Shown here piece by piece: positions 1 to 10,150 of a stretch of DNA of 64,000 nt; positions within the stretch are counted from its first letter, which is position 1, and each line of letters starts with the position of its first letter. A model generated the notes under the pieces. The model did no database searches and was not told the origin of the DNA. It was given only the letters and a program-made list of their open reading frames with translations. A program made the position numbers and the translations under genes. The stretch covers positions 1,088,001 through 1,152,000 of the forward strand of contig CBDCYI010000005.1 of NCBI GenBank assembly GCA_965224085.1. The letters run 5' to 3'. The DNA is from Candidatus Marinacidobacterales bacterium (GTDB lineage: Bacteria > Acidobacteriota > Vicinamibacteria > Marinacidobacterales > SMYC01).

Positions 1-185
1 CGCTCCGTCGCGCTAAGCTACCTCCCGCCTTTCATCGCTACGTAGGTCGCTTCGACCGTTCGAGCTTTCGAGAAACCATCGAACGGAAGCTCGCGGAACT
101 CTTCGAGCTCAGCATCGATGGCGGCCGTGCGGCGCTCGAACCAACAGGACTGATGGCATAGACTTGCCATCAAGGAGCCATTGCC

Positions 186-1196
186 ATGAAGAAGTTTCTT
201 CCATTTGCGCTCATTGGCGCGGGGCTCGCGGGGGCCGCGGACAAAGTCGACATTTACTGGATCGACGTGGAAGGCGGCGCGTCGACCCTCGTCGTCACGG
301 AGTCCGGCCACGCCGTACTGATGGACGCGGGCTATTCCGGTTTCGACGATCGAGACGCCAAACGGATAGAGCGGGTCGTCAAAAAGGAAGCGGGCCTCGA
401 TAAAATTGATTACTTCATCACGTCACATTTTCACCGGGACCATGTCGGCGGCCTCACAGCCCTCGCGAAGCGGATCGTGATCGGCGAGTTCCTCGACCAC
501 GGAGACAGCGTGGACCAAGACAGCCCGCAAGGGCAGACTTTGTGGGAGGAATATGTCGCAACGACCGAAGGTAAACGTCGCATCGTAAAGCCGGGCGACC
601 GGTTGGACATTCCGGGCGTCGAGCTCGTCATCGTCGCGGCGCATAGCCGCGTTCTCGAAAAGCCTTTATCCGGCGGCGGGTCCAACGAACTTTGCGCGAG
701 CTTCGAGAAGCACGCTGAAGACACCGGAGAGAACGGCAAGAGCACAGGATATTTGCTCGAGGTAGGCGATTTCGAATTCGTGAATTTGGGCGATCTGTCG
801 TGGAATTTCCAAAACGAGATGGCGTGCCCCGTGAACTTATTGGGAGAGATCGATGTCTTTCAAGTCACGCATCACGGCGTCAGGGACGACGTGCTGCCTC
901 AACAGATGTGGGCGTTGAAGCCGACCGTCGCCGTGATGAATAACGGTCCGCGCAAGGGTGCCGGGGTCGAGGCGACCGAGACCGTCATGCGATCGCCCGG
1001 CCTCGAAGATCTATGGCAGTTGCATCTCGCGGTGGAGAACGACCGCAACCACAATACCGGCGAGGAACGGATCGCAAATCTCACCGACGGTGACGCCTGC
1101 GAGGCCCACTGGGTCCACGCGAGGCTGCACGAAGATGGCACCTACACCTTGACCAATAGTCGCAACGGCCACTCGAAGACTTATCGAACGAAGTGA
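186..1196 (+). CDS. Secreted MBL-fold metallo-hydrolase (ComEC/Rec2-like)
   Basis: Signal peptide, IDVEGGASTL, SHFHRDH metal motif, THHG; RBS AAGGAG upstream. Confidence 0.85.
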   Translation: MKKFLPFALIGAGLAGAADKVDIYWIDVEGGASTLVVTESGHAVLMDAGYSGFDDRDAKRIERVVKKEAGLDKIDYFITSHFHRDHVGGLTALAKRIVIGEFLDHGDSVDQDSPQGQTLWEEYVATTEGKRRIVKPGDRLDIPGVELVIVAAHSRVLEKPLSGGGSNELCASFEKHAEDTGENGKSTGYLLEVGDFEFVNLGDLSWNFQNEMACPVNLLGEIDVFQVTHHGVRDDVLPQQMWALKPTVAVMNNGPRKGAGVEATETVMRSPGLEDLWQLHLAVENDRNHNTGEERIANLTDGDACEAHWVHARLHEDGTYTLTNSRNGHSKTYRTK

Positions 1197-1288
1197 TTTT
1201 GTACTGCTACGTCGGTTTCACCAGCTCGACTATAATCCGTGCCTGAACGATCTAAGTTGACTCGACGGGAACGATAGGAGTCCAAGAA

Positions 1289-1756
1289 ATGCGAAAGATA
1301 AATCTCATGTGGATAATCGGAGCCATCGCCACCGTGACGATGGTCGCCGCGGCCGCTTCGCAAGAAAACCCGAACCCGCGATTCGGCAAGTGGAAGCTCA
1401 AATCGGATCGCCCGGCGCCCTATCTCAACATCATGACCTACGAGCCCTATGGCGGCGGCGGCATGCGCATCACGATCGAGGCAACGAACGCGAAGGGCGA
1501 GAAGAGAAAGTGGGGCTATGTAACGCTCTTCGACGGCAAATACCGCCCCGTTACCGGCGACTCGGGCACGGAGGAATCCGCTGTCGAGGTCGTCGATGCG
1601 CGGACCAACAAGATAATGAACAAGACGGGCGACCGCGTGAACGTAATCATCAACGTACTCTCCGAGGACGGGAACACCATCAACAACGAGTACCGCAACG
1701 TCGACGAGAACGGTAACGAGAGCGTCTTTCACGCGGTCTACGAGCGCATCCAGTAA
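1289..1756 (+). CDS. Secreted hypothetical protein (possible lipocalin-like beta-barrel)
   Basis: Signal peptide, GKWKL motif near N-terminus, RBS AGGAG. Confidence 0.7.
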   Translation: MRKINLMWIIGAIATVTMVAAAASQENPNPRFGKWKLKSDRPAPYLNIMTYEPYGGGGMRITIEATNAKGEKRKWGYVTLFDGKYRPVTGDSGTEESAVEVVDARTNKIMNKTGDRVNVIINVLSEDGNTINNEYRNVDENGNESVFHAVYERIQ

Positions 1757-1822
1757 GAGCCAGGGACGCAGCAAGCTCGTTTGGAACGATAAAACCTGAT
1801 TTCGTCCCTGCCCCGTGATTGA

Positions 1823-2085
1823 ATGACACAACCGGACCCCGAGGAGCTGCGACGCCTCGGACACGACGTGGTGGATCTTCTCGCCGAGTATCTCGCGGGC
1901 GTCGAAGACCGCGCTCCTTTTCCTGATATCGAGCCGGCGCGTCTCGACGAGCTCTTCGACGAGCCCGTGCCCGAAGAGCCCATGCCAGCGGAGGACGTTC
2001 TCCTTGAAGTGTGCGAAAAACTTTTGCCGCACTCGACCGCGGTCAACCATCCGGGCTATTTGGGTCTCATCACATCGACGCCCAC
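1823..2085 (+). pseudogene. 5' fragment of a PLP-dependent (group II, aromatic-L-amino-acid-type) decarboxylase
   Basis: PEELRRLGHDVVDLLAEY...NHPGYLGLITSTP is the family N-terminus; similarity ends where it meets the 3' end of hutH. Confidence 0.75.
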
Positions 2086-3570
2086 AAGAGCTCCCGATTC
2101 CAGAAGCTCTCGAGCCGCGACGATGTCTGGATAATGTGCTCGGTCTTGTTCATAGGGAGGGACGCGCCCGCGCAACAACGCATGCGCGGCTTCGAGAGGT
2201 GCGGATGTCAGAAGCGGTCTTCGAAACTCGAGTGCCTGAGCCGCGCCGAGCCATTCGATCGCGAGAATGTCGGCGAGGTTGCGCGCCACCTCTTGGGTCT
2301 TGCGGGCCGCCGTGACCCCCATGCTGACGTGATCTTCTTGATTCGCGGACGTTGGGATGCTGTCGACGCTCGCTGGGTGTGAATAGGTCTTGTTCTCGGA
2401 GGCGAGAGCCGCGGCCGTGACCTGAAGGATCATGAAACCCGAGTTCAAACCGCCTTGTTTGACGAGAAAAGCGGGAAGCCCGGAAAGGTCGGGATTGACG
2501 AGACGCTCCATGCGACGCTCGCTGATGGCGCCGAGCTCAGCGAGCGCTATCGTTAGAAAGTCGGCCGCGAGCGCAACGGGTTGGCCGTGAAAATTTCCGC
2601 CCGAGATCACGTCGCCGCCGTCGATGAAGATCATCATCGGATTATCTGTAGCGCTATTGATCTCGGTCTCGACGACCCCAGTGACATAGCCGAGGGCGTC
2701 GCGTACCGCCCCGTGGACTTGCGGCATGCAGCGAAGCGAATAGCTGTCTTGCACGCGGTCGCAATCCTCGTGGGACTTTCTCAGCTCGCTTCCGAAAAGG
2801 AGCTGCCTCAACCCGCGCGCGGTCGCGATTTGTCCGGCATGCGGGCGCGCGTCATGAATCCGAGCGTCGAAAGCGACATCCGTTCCAAGGAGCGTATCGA
2901 GCGTCAAAGCGCCGATGATATCGGCAGAACGCACGAGCCGGTGTGCCTGGATCACCGCGTGCGACAGAAGCGCTGTGATGACTTGCGTTCCGTTGATGAG
3001 CGCCAAGCCGTCTTTCGGGTGCAAACGAATCTTCTCGAGTCCGGCGCGTGCGAGCGCTTCTTTGCCGGAAAGCCTCTCGCCACGATAAAATGCTTCGCCC
3101 TCGCCGATCAAGACGAGCGAGACATGGGCGAGAGGAGCGAGGTCCCCGCTCGCGCCCACCGACCCTTTCTTTGGCACAACGGGATGCACCCCTTTGTTGA
3201 GCATCGCCACGAGAGCGTCGACGGTCGATGGATCGACGCCTGAGAATCCAGAGGCGAGCGCGTTGATCCGAAGGAGCAAGATCGCGCGCACGATTTCTTC
3301 GGCAAACGGGTCGCCCACGCCAGCCGCATGACTACGGATTAGGTTCAGTTGCAGGGTCTCGAGATCATGTCGCGGGATCACCACATTCCGAAAATTGCCG
3401 AAGCCGGTATTGATCCCGTAGACGACACGCTCCGAGGCCAGAACGTCTTCGATGACCTGGCGCGATTCTTTCACGCGGTGCTTGGCCTCTTCGGCGATGG
3501 CCACCGTCTCCCCGCCCATGGAGATTGCTTCGATATCCCGGAGGGTGAGTGAAGTTCCTGTCAGCTGCAC
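2056..3570 (-). CDS. hutH: Histidine ammonia-lyase
   Basis: YGINTGFG, MIO-forming GSVGASGDLAPL, QDSYSLRCMPQVHG, SANQEDHVSMG. Confidence 0.95.
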   Translation of the reverse strand: MQLTGTSLTLRDIEAISMGGETVAIAEEAKHRVKESRQVIEDVLASERVVYGINTGFGNFRNVVIPRHDLETLQLNLIRSHAAGVGDPFAEEIVRAILLLRINALASGFSGVDPSTVDALVAMLNKGVHPVVPKKGSVGASGDLAPLAHVSLVLIGEGEAFYRGERLSGKEALARAGLEKIRLHPKDGLALINGTQVITALLSHAVIQAHRLVRSADIIGALTLDTLLGTDVAFDARIHDARPHAGQIATARGLRQLLFGSELRKSHEDCDRVQDSYSLRCMPQVHGAVRDALGYVTGVVETEINSATDNPMMIFIDGGDVISGGNFHGQPVALAADFLTIALAELGAISERRMERLVNPDLSGLPAFLVKQGGLNSGFMILQVTAAALASENKTYSHPASVDSIPTSANQEDHVSMGVTAARKTQEVARNLADILAIEWLGAAQALEFRRPLLTSAPLEAAHALLRGRVPPYEQDRAHYPDIVAARELLESGALVGVDVMRPK

Positions 3571-3584
3571 GGCGCCATCTTAAC

Positions 3585-3632
3585 TCACGTGCTCGCGGCG
3601 AGCCGCTTCAACTCTTCGAGCCAGTGGAGGAT
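3585..3632 (-). pseudogene. C-terminal remnant of a Ser/Thr kinase-TolB/PD40 protein
   Basis: Reads ILHWLEELKRLAAST*, resembling the VLNWFEELKRL C-terminus typical of acidobacterial kinase-PD40 proteins. Confidence 0.5.
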
Positions 3633-3791
3633 GTATGTCATATCTATATTGCGGCGAGGGCTTCTCACCACGCGTCTTCTATTCCGAGTCCGGACAGATG
3701 TGCAGAAGTTCCGCCGGGTCTGGCACTTCGGCTTTAGCCATGGCATGGCAGCGATATTGCTTCATCTCCCTATGAGTCGAGGGGGGAACCG

Positions 3792-4583
3792 ATGGGGAGC
3801 CGGCAATGGATTTGCGGGATTGCGCTCGTCTGCCTCCTGCCGCGTGCGGCGGCAGCACAGTGGGCGGATCCCAAGCTCATCGCGGGACAAGTGGGCTTCA
3901 ACGTTGCTGTCAGCTTCGTGGGCAAGCTCATACTTCAGCACGAATCGCCGGGCCAGGCCTTCAAAAAAGCTCTGGCCGAGGGGAGCGCTTCCGGCCTCAT
4001 GGCCCATGCCGGCTACACGATCGCTGGCCAACACCCCAACTGGGCGCTCGCGGGAAAAACACTCGCGCAAAAATCGACCCTGACCACGCGGCGTTCGATG
4101 CGTGGGCAGCCGGTCTTCGACAAAACCCTCTATCAGCATTGGGAGCTCACGCATTCGTTCATCCACTTCAAGTTTCAAGGCGCGCCAAGTGTGGAGCTCG
4201 ATGTCATCAACGCTGCCTTTTCCGCCTATTACGTGCTCGCGGGCGATCCGTATTCTTTCAACGCGAAGCGAACGCTTCTGACGGGAAGCCTCGTTTTCTT
4301 GAATCACGATCCGCCCCCTCGCCTGCGGGGCTTCTACGTTCCAGGAGCTATTTGGATCGACGCGACCAAGAGTGAGGATGTTATGCGCGACGTGCTGGCT
4401 CACGAGCTCATCCATAGCTTGCAGGCCGAGCGCGGCGCGGCCATCCGTGAATGGCACGACGAGCGGCTCCGCTTCAACTGGCTCGTCTTCGCCTCGGGCG
4501 TACCGGCGTTTTTCGCCGGCTGGCCCGATCACCACGACCGCTGGCATGAACGGGAAGCAGACGCCTATCGCGGACTACCCTAA
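3792..4583 (+). CDS. Exported hypothetical protein with HExxH zincin motif
   Basis: Signal peptide; LAHELIHSLQ and a downstream WHEREA. Confidence 0.65.
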   Translation: MGSRQWICGIALVCLLPRAAAAQWADPKLIAGQVGFNVAVSFVGKLILQHESPGQAFKKALAEGSASGLMAHAGYTIAGQHPNWALAGKTLAQKSTLTTRRSMRGQPVFDKTLYQHWELTHSFIHFKFQGAPSVELDVINAAFSAYYVLAGDPYSFNAKRTLLTGSLVFLNHDPPPRLRGFYVPGAIWIDATKSEDVMRDVLAHELIHSLQAERGAAIREWHDERLRFNWLVFASGVPAFFAGWPDHHDRWHEREADAYRGLP

Positions 4584-4604
4584 TCCACGTAGTAGTCGGC
4601 GTTC

Positions 4605-4717
4605 GTCATCACACTCGAGCCTGACTTGGAAGCCCTTCGGCCGAGCGTTTCGCCGCGATTAAACGCGCAGTTCGCCGGTGCCTCGAAAAGGATCGCAAGA
4701 AACGCTGGCGCGACATC
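4605..4717 (+). pseudogene. Internal remnant of a Ser/Thr protein kinase (subdomains X-XI)
   Basis: VITLEPDLEAL... then, after a frameshift, VRRCLEKDRKKRWRDI. Confidence 0.55.
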
Positions 4718-4857
4718 ATCGCTCCGACATCGCACGGCTCGCTCAACTACTTCCCGGTGATCAGGTCCGATTTCGAGCCGTGTCCCTCGAGGAAGCTACC
4801 CCCGCTCGTGCGCCCGAACGCGCGTGCTAGAATCCGTTCTTCGCGCCGTCGACATCC

Positions 4858-6858
4858 ATGTCCTCACAATCTGTAGTCGTGCTCGTTGCAAGGCCGGATC
4901 TTTCTCCGAAACAAGTGGCTCTCGTCCGCCAGCTGGCCGCGGCGAAAGCGCGGATCGTCGCGTGGCAACACGAGTCCATCGTGCTGGAACGCTTTCCGAG
5001 CGCCAAGGTGGCCGAAGCGTTGCACGCGCTGGACATCCCGGCCGTCTCTTTACCCAAAGCCCTGGGCGAGAAAACCAACGTGGAAGTAGAAGAGGCGGTC
5101 ATCGCGTGGATGAAGGAACTCGGCCGGAAGCCGCTCGACCAATCTGGCGCAGGATTCCGCACTCTTTTCCGCTATCGACATCTTTCACTCTGGTGGTGGA
5201 CGGAGATATTCCTGTACCACAACACGCCCCTTCGGTTGTTGGTGAGAGACGTCGAAGCATTGGCACGCCTCGTGGAGAAAGAAAAGCCCGACCAAATCGT
5301 CGTGGTGGCTCCCGTACGAGAGCTCGCCAGCGCCGCGCGACAGTTAGTGAAACAGGCGCAGGTTCATGGAACGACCCTGCCGACGAAGTCCCGATACCGC
5401 GGGACATCGTTCATGTTCATCGGCGGGCTTTTGAAGATGCTAGGCACCACTCTGAAGGGGGTTTTGCGTCGTTCGTCGTCCGGCGTTCGACGTCGCGTAC
5501 GTTACTTGTTTTTGACGCACGCTTCGATGTGGAGATTACGTGTCGACCCTGACACCGGTGAGCAAGAACGACTAGAGATCTATTTCGACCGGGTACCGCG
5601 TACGCTGGCCGCCGCCGGCGAAGACGTCAAGCTCGTTTCGGTGGGACCCTCTGTTCCTTTCAGGCAAAGAGGCCTCAAAGCCGTCGTCGAAGACGTCATG
5701 GAGCTCGATGCGCAGGCGCAGCCCTACGTTTCGATCCGGCAATACGTCACCCCTGCCATGAGCCTCGTGGTTACCTCAGCATCCTGGGGCTGCCTCAGGA
5801 TGTGGCAACGCTTCCGGCGTCTCTCAAGAGTCGGGGAAGCTTTGACCCATCGCCACGTGGCGCTTGGCGATGGAGCGCTGGAGTCTTTCCGTGACACCTT
5901 CTTGCTGCAGCTACCGTGGGCGATCCGCTCGTATCACGAAGTTCACGCCATGCTGGTCGAGGAGCGGCCGGAGCTCCTGGTTCTATACGCTGAGTCGAGC
6001 GGGCTCGGCAGAGCGGCCATCGCCGCCGCGCACGAGCTCGGTGTCCCGACGTTCGCGTTCCAGCACGGAATCATCTACCCGCGCTACTACTCCCTGGAGC
6101 ACGCGGCCAACGAAGTGCAGCCCGAGTCGAGCGGCGCCGACGCGGTGCCCATTCCCACTCGGACCGCCGTGTTCAGCAACTTCGCCCGCGATATCCTGGT
6201 CCACCGAGGTCACTACCCGCCCGAAGGCGTCGTCGTCACGGGAAATCCGAAACTCGACACCTTGTCGAGAGCGGCGCGCCGATACGATGGACGAACCACG
6301 CGCCGCCGTCTGGGCATCGATGAAGAGGCGCTGATGCTGGTGGTCGCGACCCGCTATGCGGCCATCGCACCGGTTTTCGAAGAGCTCGTACGGGCGTGCA
6401 ACGCCATTCCAGAGGTATGGCTCGTCGTGAAGCCTCATCAGGCGGAGTCGCCGGAGCCCTACCGGCGCGTCGTTTCCCGGGAAGGAGCCTCGCGCGCCGT
6501 GGTGATTGACGCGTCGGAGAATCTGCTGGAGATCCTCGTTGCAGCGGACGACTTGGTAACGGTGGATTCCCTCGCCTCGTCGGAAGCGCTCGCCCTCGGA
6601 CGAAACGTTCTTGTCGTGAACCTCCCGAGCAACCTGGCGCCCCTGGTCGACCGCGGTGTCGCTCTGGGTGTCTTTCGAGGAGAGTCGATAGAGAAACAGC
6701 TCCGGAGGTTGCTCTTCGACAGGGAAGTGGCCGCCGAGCTCGAAAGCCGGCGGAAAGAGAGCATTCGGGAGTTCGCCTTCGGCACCGAGGGCGGGTCCAC
6801 CGATCGGATGATCGAGGCGCTCCGTGAGACCGCGGAGCTCGGGCGCGCTCGTACGTAA
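4858..6858 (+). CDS. Surface polysaccharide biosynthesis protein (GT-B fold; capsule/CDP-glycerol glycerophosphotransferase-like)
   Basis: FQHG, VTGNPKLD, VKPHQ and ADDLVTVDS..SEALALG motifs. Confidence 0.65.
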   Translation: MSSQSVVVLVARPDLSPKQVALVRQLAAAKARIVAWQHESIVLERFPSAKVAEALHALDIPAVSLPKALGEKTNVEVEEAVIAWMKELGRKPLDQSGAGFRTLFRYRHLSLWWWTEIFLYHNTPLRLLVRDVEALARLVEKEKPDQIVVVAPVRELASAARQLVKQAQVHGTTLPTKSRYRGTSFMFIGGLLKMLGTTLKGVLRRSSSGVRRRVRYLFLTHASMWRLRVDPDTGEQERLEIYFDRVPRTLAAAGEDVKLVSVGPSVPFRQRGLKAVVEDVMELDAQAQPYVSIRQYVTPAMSLVVTSASWGCLRMWQRFRRLSRVGEALTHRHVALGDGALESFRDTFLLQLPWAIRSYHEVHAMLVEERPELLVLYAESSGLGRAAIAAAHELGVPTFAFQHGIIYPRYYSLEHAANEVQPESSGADAVPIPTRTAVFSNFARDILVHRGHYPPEGVVVTGNPKLDTLSRAARRYDGRTTRRRLGIDEEALMLVVATRYAAIAPVFEELVRACNAIPEVWLVVKPHQAESPEPYRRVVSREGASRAVVIDASENLLEILVAADDLVTVDSLASSEALALGRNVLVVNLPSNLAPLVDRGVALGVFRGESIEKQLRRLLFDREVAAELESRRKESIREFAFGTEGGSTDRMIEALRETAELGRART

Positions 6859-6923
6859 TTGGCTCTCTCCACGTCGACCTCTGGCAGGGCCCGCGCCTCG
6901 AAACAAAGCTGTTGCGTTAGTCG

Positions 6924-8288
6924 TCAATAATGCAGCGCCATCCGTAGGCGTCGCGTCCAAACCGCCAGCAGGATCATGCCGACGACGAAGAGACCTACGA
7001 GCATCCCGACCCATAGCCCAGAGACACCGTAGCCAAGGGTGAAGCAAAGCACGTAGCCCGTTGGAAGACCCAACACCCAGTAGCCAATGAGCGCTACCAG
7101 CATCGGTGTCCGTGTGTCGCCGATACCGCGGAGCACGCCCGTTGTGACGACTTGCAGCCCGTCGAATAGTTGAAAGAACGCTGCGACATAGAGGAGCGAG
7201 ACGCCGACGGACAACACGGCCGTGTCGTTCGTGAACAGGCCGATAATCTGACTTGGAAACAGAAAGAGCGTCAGCATTGCCATGAACATGAAGCCGACGC
7301 CGAGTGCTACGGACATCCACCCGCCGCGGGCCACGCCGTTTCGGTCGCGTGCCCCGACTGCGTGGCCGACGCGCACTGCCGCTGCCGAAGAAACTCCGAG
7401 AGGCACCATGAAGGTCGTGGCCGCGACGCTGAGAGCGATCTGATGCGCTGCGAGCGAGGCCGCGTCCAATCGTCCTGCCAGCACGGTCGCGACACTGAAG
7501 AGTCCCATCTCGAGCGTGATTTGAAACGCGGCGGGAAACCCGAGGCTGAACAGGCGACGCATCCGTGTCCATTCGAGTCCGAGTGGCGTTTGGAAGAGGC
7601 CCCGGCGCCCGCGCCACTCGTAAAAAACGATCGCGCCGATGAGCGTGATGGCCATGAAGCTGCGAGATGCGAACGTCGCCCATCCGGCGCCCACGACACC
7701 GAGCTCGGGAAGACCCCAATGCCCGAAGATCAGTCCCCAGTTCGTGAGCGCGTTCACGATGTTCGCAGTCACCAAGACGACCATCACCGTCGCCACATGT
7801 CCCGTAGCCTGCAGGAATCGCCGAGTAGCCGCGTAGAGAAGCAGCGGCAGCAAGCTCCACGCCACCGGTCGCAAATAGGGGATCGTGAGCTCGAGAACGT
7901 CCGGGTTGATCCCGAACCCTGGAAGCCCCCGGATGACGAGCAAGAGGATCCCCGTCAAAGGAATAGTCAAGGCGAGCGCGGCATAGATGCCGTGCAAGAG
8001 CGATCGATGGCAGTCTTCGAGTTTGCCCGCGCCGAAGGCTTGAGCGATCAAGGTGTCCAGGCCGAGCAGCAGGCCCATTCCGAACATGGTGACGCCGAGG
8101 AAGATTCCGGAGCCGAGGCTCACGGCCCCGATCGCTTCCGGGCTCAACCGCCCCACCATCAACGTATCGACGGTCGCCATCGCGGTCCAGCCAAGCTCCG
8201 CCACCACGACGGGAAGCGCAAGACGCAGCATCGGCGCCCACTCGTCTTTCCACGAACCGAGGAGTGAGAGTGAGAACGACGCGCTCAA
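6924..8288 (-). CDS. MATE family efflux transporter (NorM-like)
   Basis: About 12 TM segments, LALPVVVAELG, AAHQIAL, FQLFDGLQ, LRGIGDT; probable TTG start at 8288 overlapping the upstream stop. Confidence 0.9.
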   Translation of the reverse strand: MSASFSLSLLGSWKDEWAPMLRLALPVVVAELGWTAMATVDTLMVGRLSPEAIGAVSLGSGIFLGVTMFGMGLLLGLDTLIAQAFGAGKLEDCHRSLLHGIYAALALTIPLTGILLLVIRGLPGFGINPDVLELTIPYLRPVAWSLLPLLLYAATRRFLQATGHVATVMVVLVTANIVNALTNWGLIFGHWGLPELGVVGAGWATFASRSFMAITLIGAIVFYEWRGRRGLFQTPLGLEWTRMRRLFSLGFPAAFQITLEMGLFSVATVLAGRLDAASLAAHQIALSVAATTFMVPLGVSSAAAVRVGHAVGARDRNGVARGGWMSVALGVGFMFMAMLTLFLFPSQIIGLFTNDTAVLSVGVSLLYVAAFFQLFDGLQVVTTGVLRGIGDTRTPMLVALIGYWVLGLPTGYVLCFTLGYGVSGLWVGMLVGLFVVGMILLAVWTRRLRMALHY

Positions 8289-9382
8289 ATGCGGTGGCCT
8301 AGATCGGCAAGAGCGCTTCCAAGAGCGCGAAGCGCGGCCTCGATCTCGGGCTCTTGTACCCATCCGAGATGACCGAGGCGCAGGATTTTCCCGCGGAGAC
8401 CCTCCTGCCCCCGCGCATAGATGGTGTCGTAGCGCGTGCGCAGGAGCGCAACGAGCGCGCTTTCGTCGATGCCCCCTGGCACTTTCATCGCCGTCACGGT
8501 AGAGGATGCGTGCGCCGGATCGGCGAATAGCTCGAGCCCGAGTGACCGAACGCCCTCGCGAGCACGCTCCGCGACGCGCGCGTGACGGGCGAAGATCCCC
8601 TCGGGCGTTTCGCGCAGCATGAAGCCGAGAGCGACAGAAAGCCCGTAGATGACGGGAAGCGCCGGCGTGAAAGGAAAGCTTCCGCGCGCTTGCGCGTCGC
8701 GATAGCGCCGGAGGTCGAAGTAGAAACGCGGCAACGTCGCTTGCTCTGTCGCCTTCCAAGCTTTCTCGGAGAGCACGAGCATGACCATCCCCGGAGGCAC
8801 TCCCCAAGCTTTCTGCGACCCGGAGACGACGACGTCGATGTCGAGCTCGTCGATCGGAAGAGGCATGGCGCCGAGGCTCGACACCGCGTCCACAAAGACG
8901 AGGGCGTCGCTTTCCTCACGCACCGCACGACAGAGATCCTCGATCGGATGCGCGACGGCCGTCGAGGTCTCGTTATGCGTGAGCAAAACCGCGCGACAGG
9001 TTTTCTCTTCATGGAGTGCGCTCTTTAGCGTCTCCGGATCGAGAGCGCGCCCGGCGGCGACCTCGATCGTGCGCAACGAGGCTCCGAAGGCTTCGGCAAC
9101 GACGCAAAATCTCTTGCCGAAGACACCCGCGTTCACGCCGAGGACACGGTCGCCGGAGCTTACCGTATTGGCGATCGTCGCCTCGAGACCGCCGGTGCCG
9201 CTCGCGGTCACCAGCAGCACGTCGTGCTCCGTTGCGAGAAAGCGCTTCAGATTGCCGGTGAGCTCTTCCATGAGCTCCGCCATCTCGGGACCGCGGTAGT
9301 TCATCATCGGCCGCGCCACTGCCTCGAGGACTTCCTCGCGGCAAGGGGTCGGACCGGGAATACGAAGATTGATCTCAGCCAA
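8285..9382 (-). CDS. Class V PLP aminotransferase (alanine-glyoxylate/serine-pyruvate family)
   Basis: LRIPGPTP, ASGTGGLE, HNETST, DAVSSLG, GSQKAW; probable TTG start at 9382. Confidence 0.9.
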   Translation of the reverse strand: MAEINLRIPGPTPCREEVLEAVARPMMNYRGPEMAELMEELTGNLKRFLATEHDVLLVTASGTGGLEATIANTVSSGDRVLGVNAGVFGKRFCVVAEAFGASLRTIEVAAGRALDPETLKSALHEEKTCRAVLLTHNETSTAVAHPIEDLCRAVREESDALVFVDAVSSLGAMPLPIDELDIDVVVSGSQKAWGVPPGMVMLVLSEKAWKATEQATLPRFYFDLRRYRDAQARGSFPFTPALPVIYGLSVALGFMLRETPEGIFARHARVAERAREGVRSLGLELFADPAHASSTVTAMKVPGGIDESALVALLRTRYDTIYARGQEGLRGKILRLGHLGWVQEPEIEAALRALGSALADLGHRI

Positions 9383-10148
9383 GATAGATGCCTTTCGGAT
9401 CGAGCTCCTCGCGAAGGAGGCGCAACGTGTCGGCGTCTGGAAGCTCGGTCTCGCCGAGGGGCTCTCGTACGCGAAGCGGCCATGAGACTTCGGCTCGCAC
9501 TTCATCGAGCGTGACCCCGGGGTGGATCTTCTCGATCACCATCTCTCGCGTTTCGGGGTCGAAACCGTAAATGCCGAGGTTGGTGATCACGCGCTCGGGC
9601 CCGCCGCCTGGTGCCTCGAGAGACTCGCGCGATCGCCCCCCTTCGTGGAATCCGAGGCTCGTTCGAAAATCGAGATGTTCGGGAAACTTGCTCCGCTTTT
9701 GCGGCAGCAGGATCACGGTCTTCCTCGCAAGCCAAGAGATCTCCGCCGCGCCGCCCGCGCCGGGGAGCCGCACTTTAGGCCGGCGGTAATCGTCGCCTAT
9801 CACGGTCGTGTTCAAGTTGCCGTAGCGATCGATTTGCGCCGCGCCGAGAAAGCCGACGTCGATTCTCCCGCCTTGCAGAAAGTAGAGAAATGTTTCCGCC
9901 ATCGGCATGACCTGTAGAGCTCCCGTCACTAGGCACGGATCGCCGATGGAGATGGGGAGGCGGATCGGCTTTGCGCCGTAGATCCCAGCTTCGTAGACGA
10001 GTTGCACGCCGCCGGCGTGGGTACGCCGCGCGAGGTTGACGGCGAGATTGGGAAGCCCGATGCCGACGAAGACGACGTCGCCGTCCTGAATCTCCCGCGC
10101 GGCGGCGAGTGCCATCAGCTCCGAGCGCCGAACGTCCTGTATGGTCAA
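9375..10148 (-). CDS. CoA-transferase beta subunit (glutaconate/3-oxoadipate CoA-transferase type)
   Basis: FVGIGLP, catalytic VYEAG, AAQIDRYGNLN, RLPGAGGA; probable TTG start at 10148. Confidence 0.88.
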   Translation of the reverse strand: MTIQDVRRSELMALAAAREIQDGDVVFVGIGLPNLAVNLARRTHAGGVQLVYEAGIYGAKPIRLPISIGDPCLVTGALQVMPMAETFLYFLQGGRIDVGFLGAAQIDRYGNLNTTVIGDDYRRPKVRLPGAGGAAEISWLARKTVILLPQKRSKFPEHLDFRTSLGFHEGGRSRESLEAPGGGPERVITNLGIYGFDPETREMVIEKIHPGVTLDEVRAEVSWPLRVREPLGETELPDADTLRLLREELDPKGIYLG

Positions 10149-10150
10149 AG

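Noticed and set aside
5983-8253. Long alternative-frame ORFs (e.g. 5983-8253, 10109-11416, 17871-19253, 20045-21415, 48015-49475)
   Set aside because: Shadow ORFs overlapping well-supported genes, expected in high-GC DNA, with no recognisable motifs
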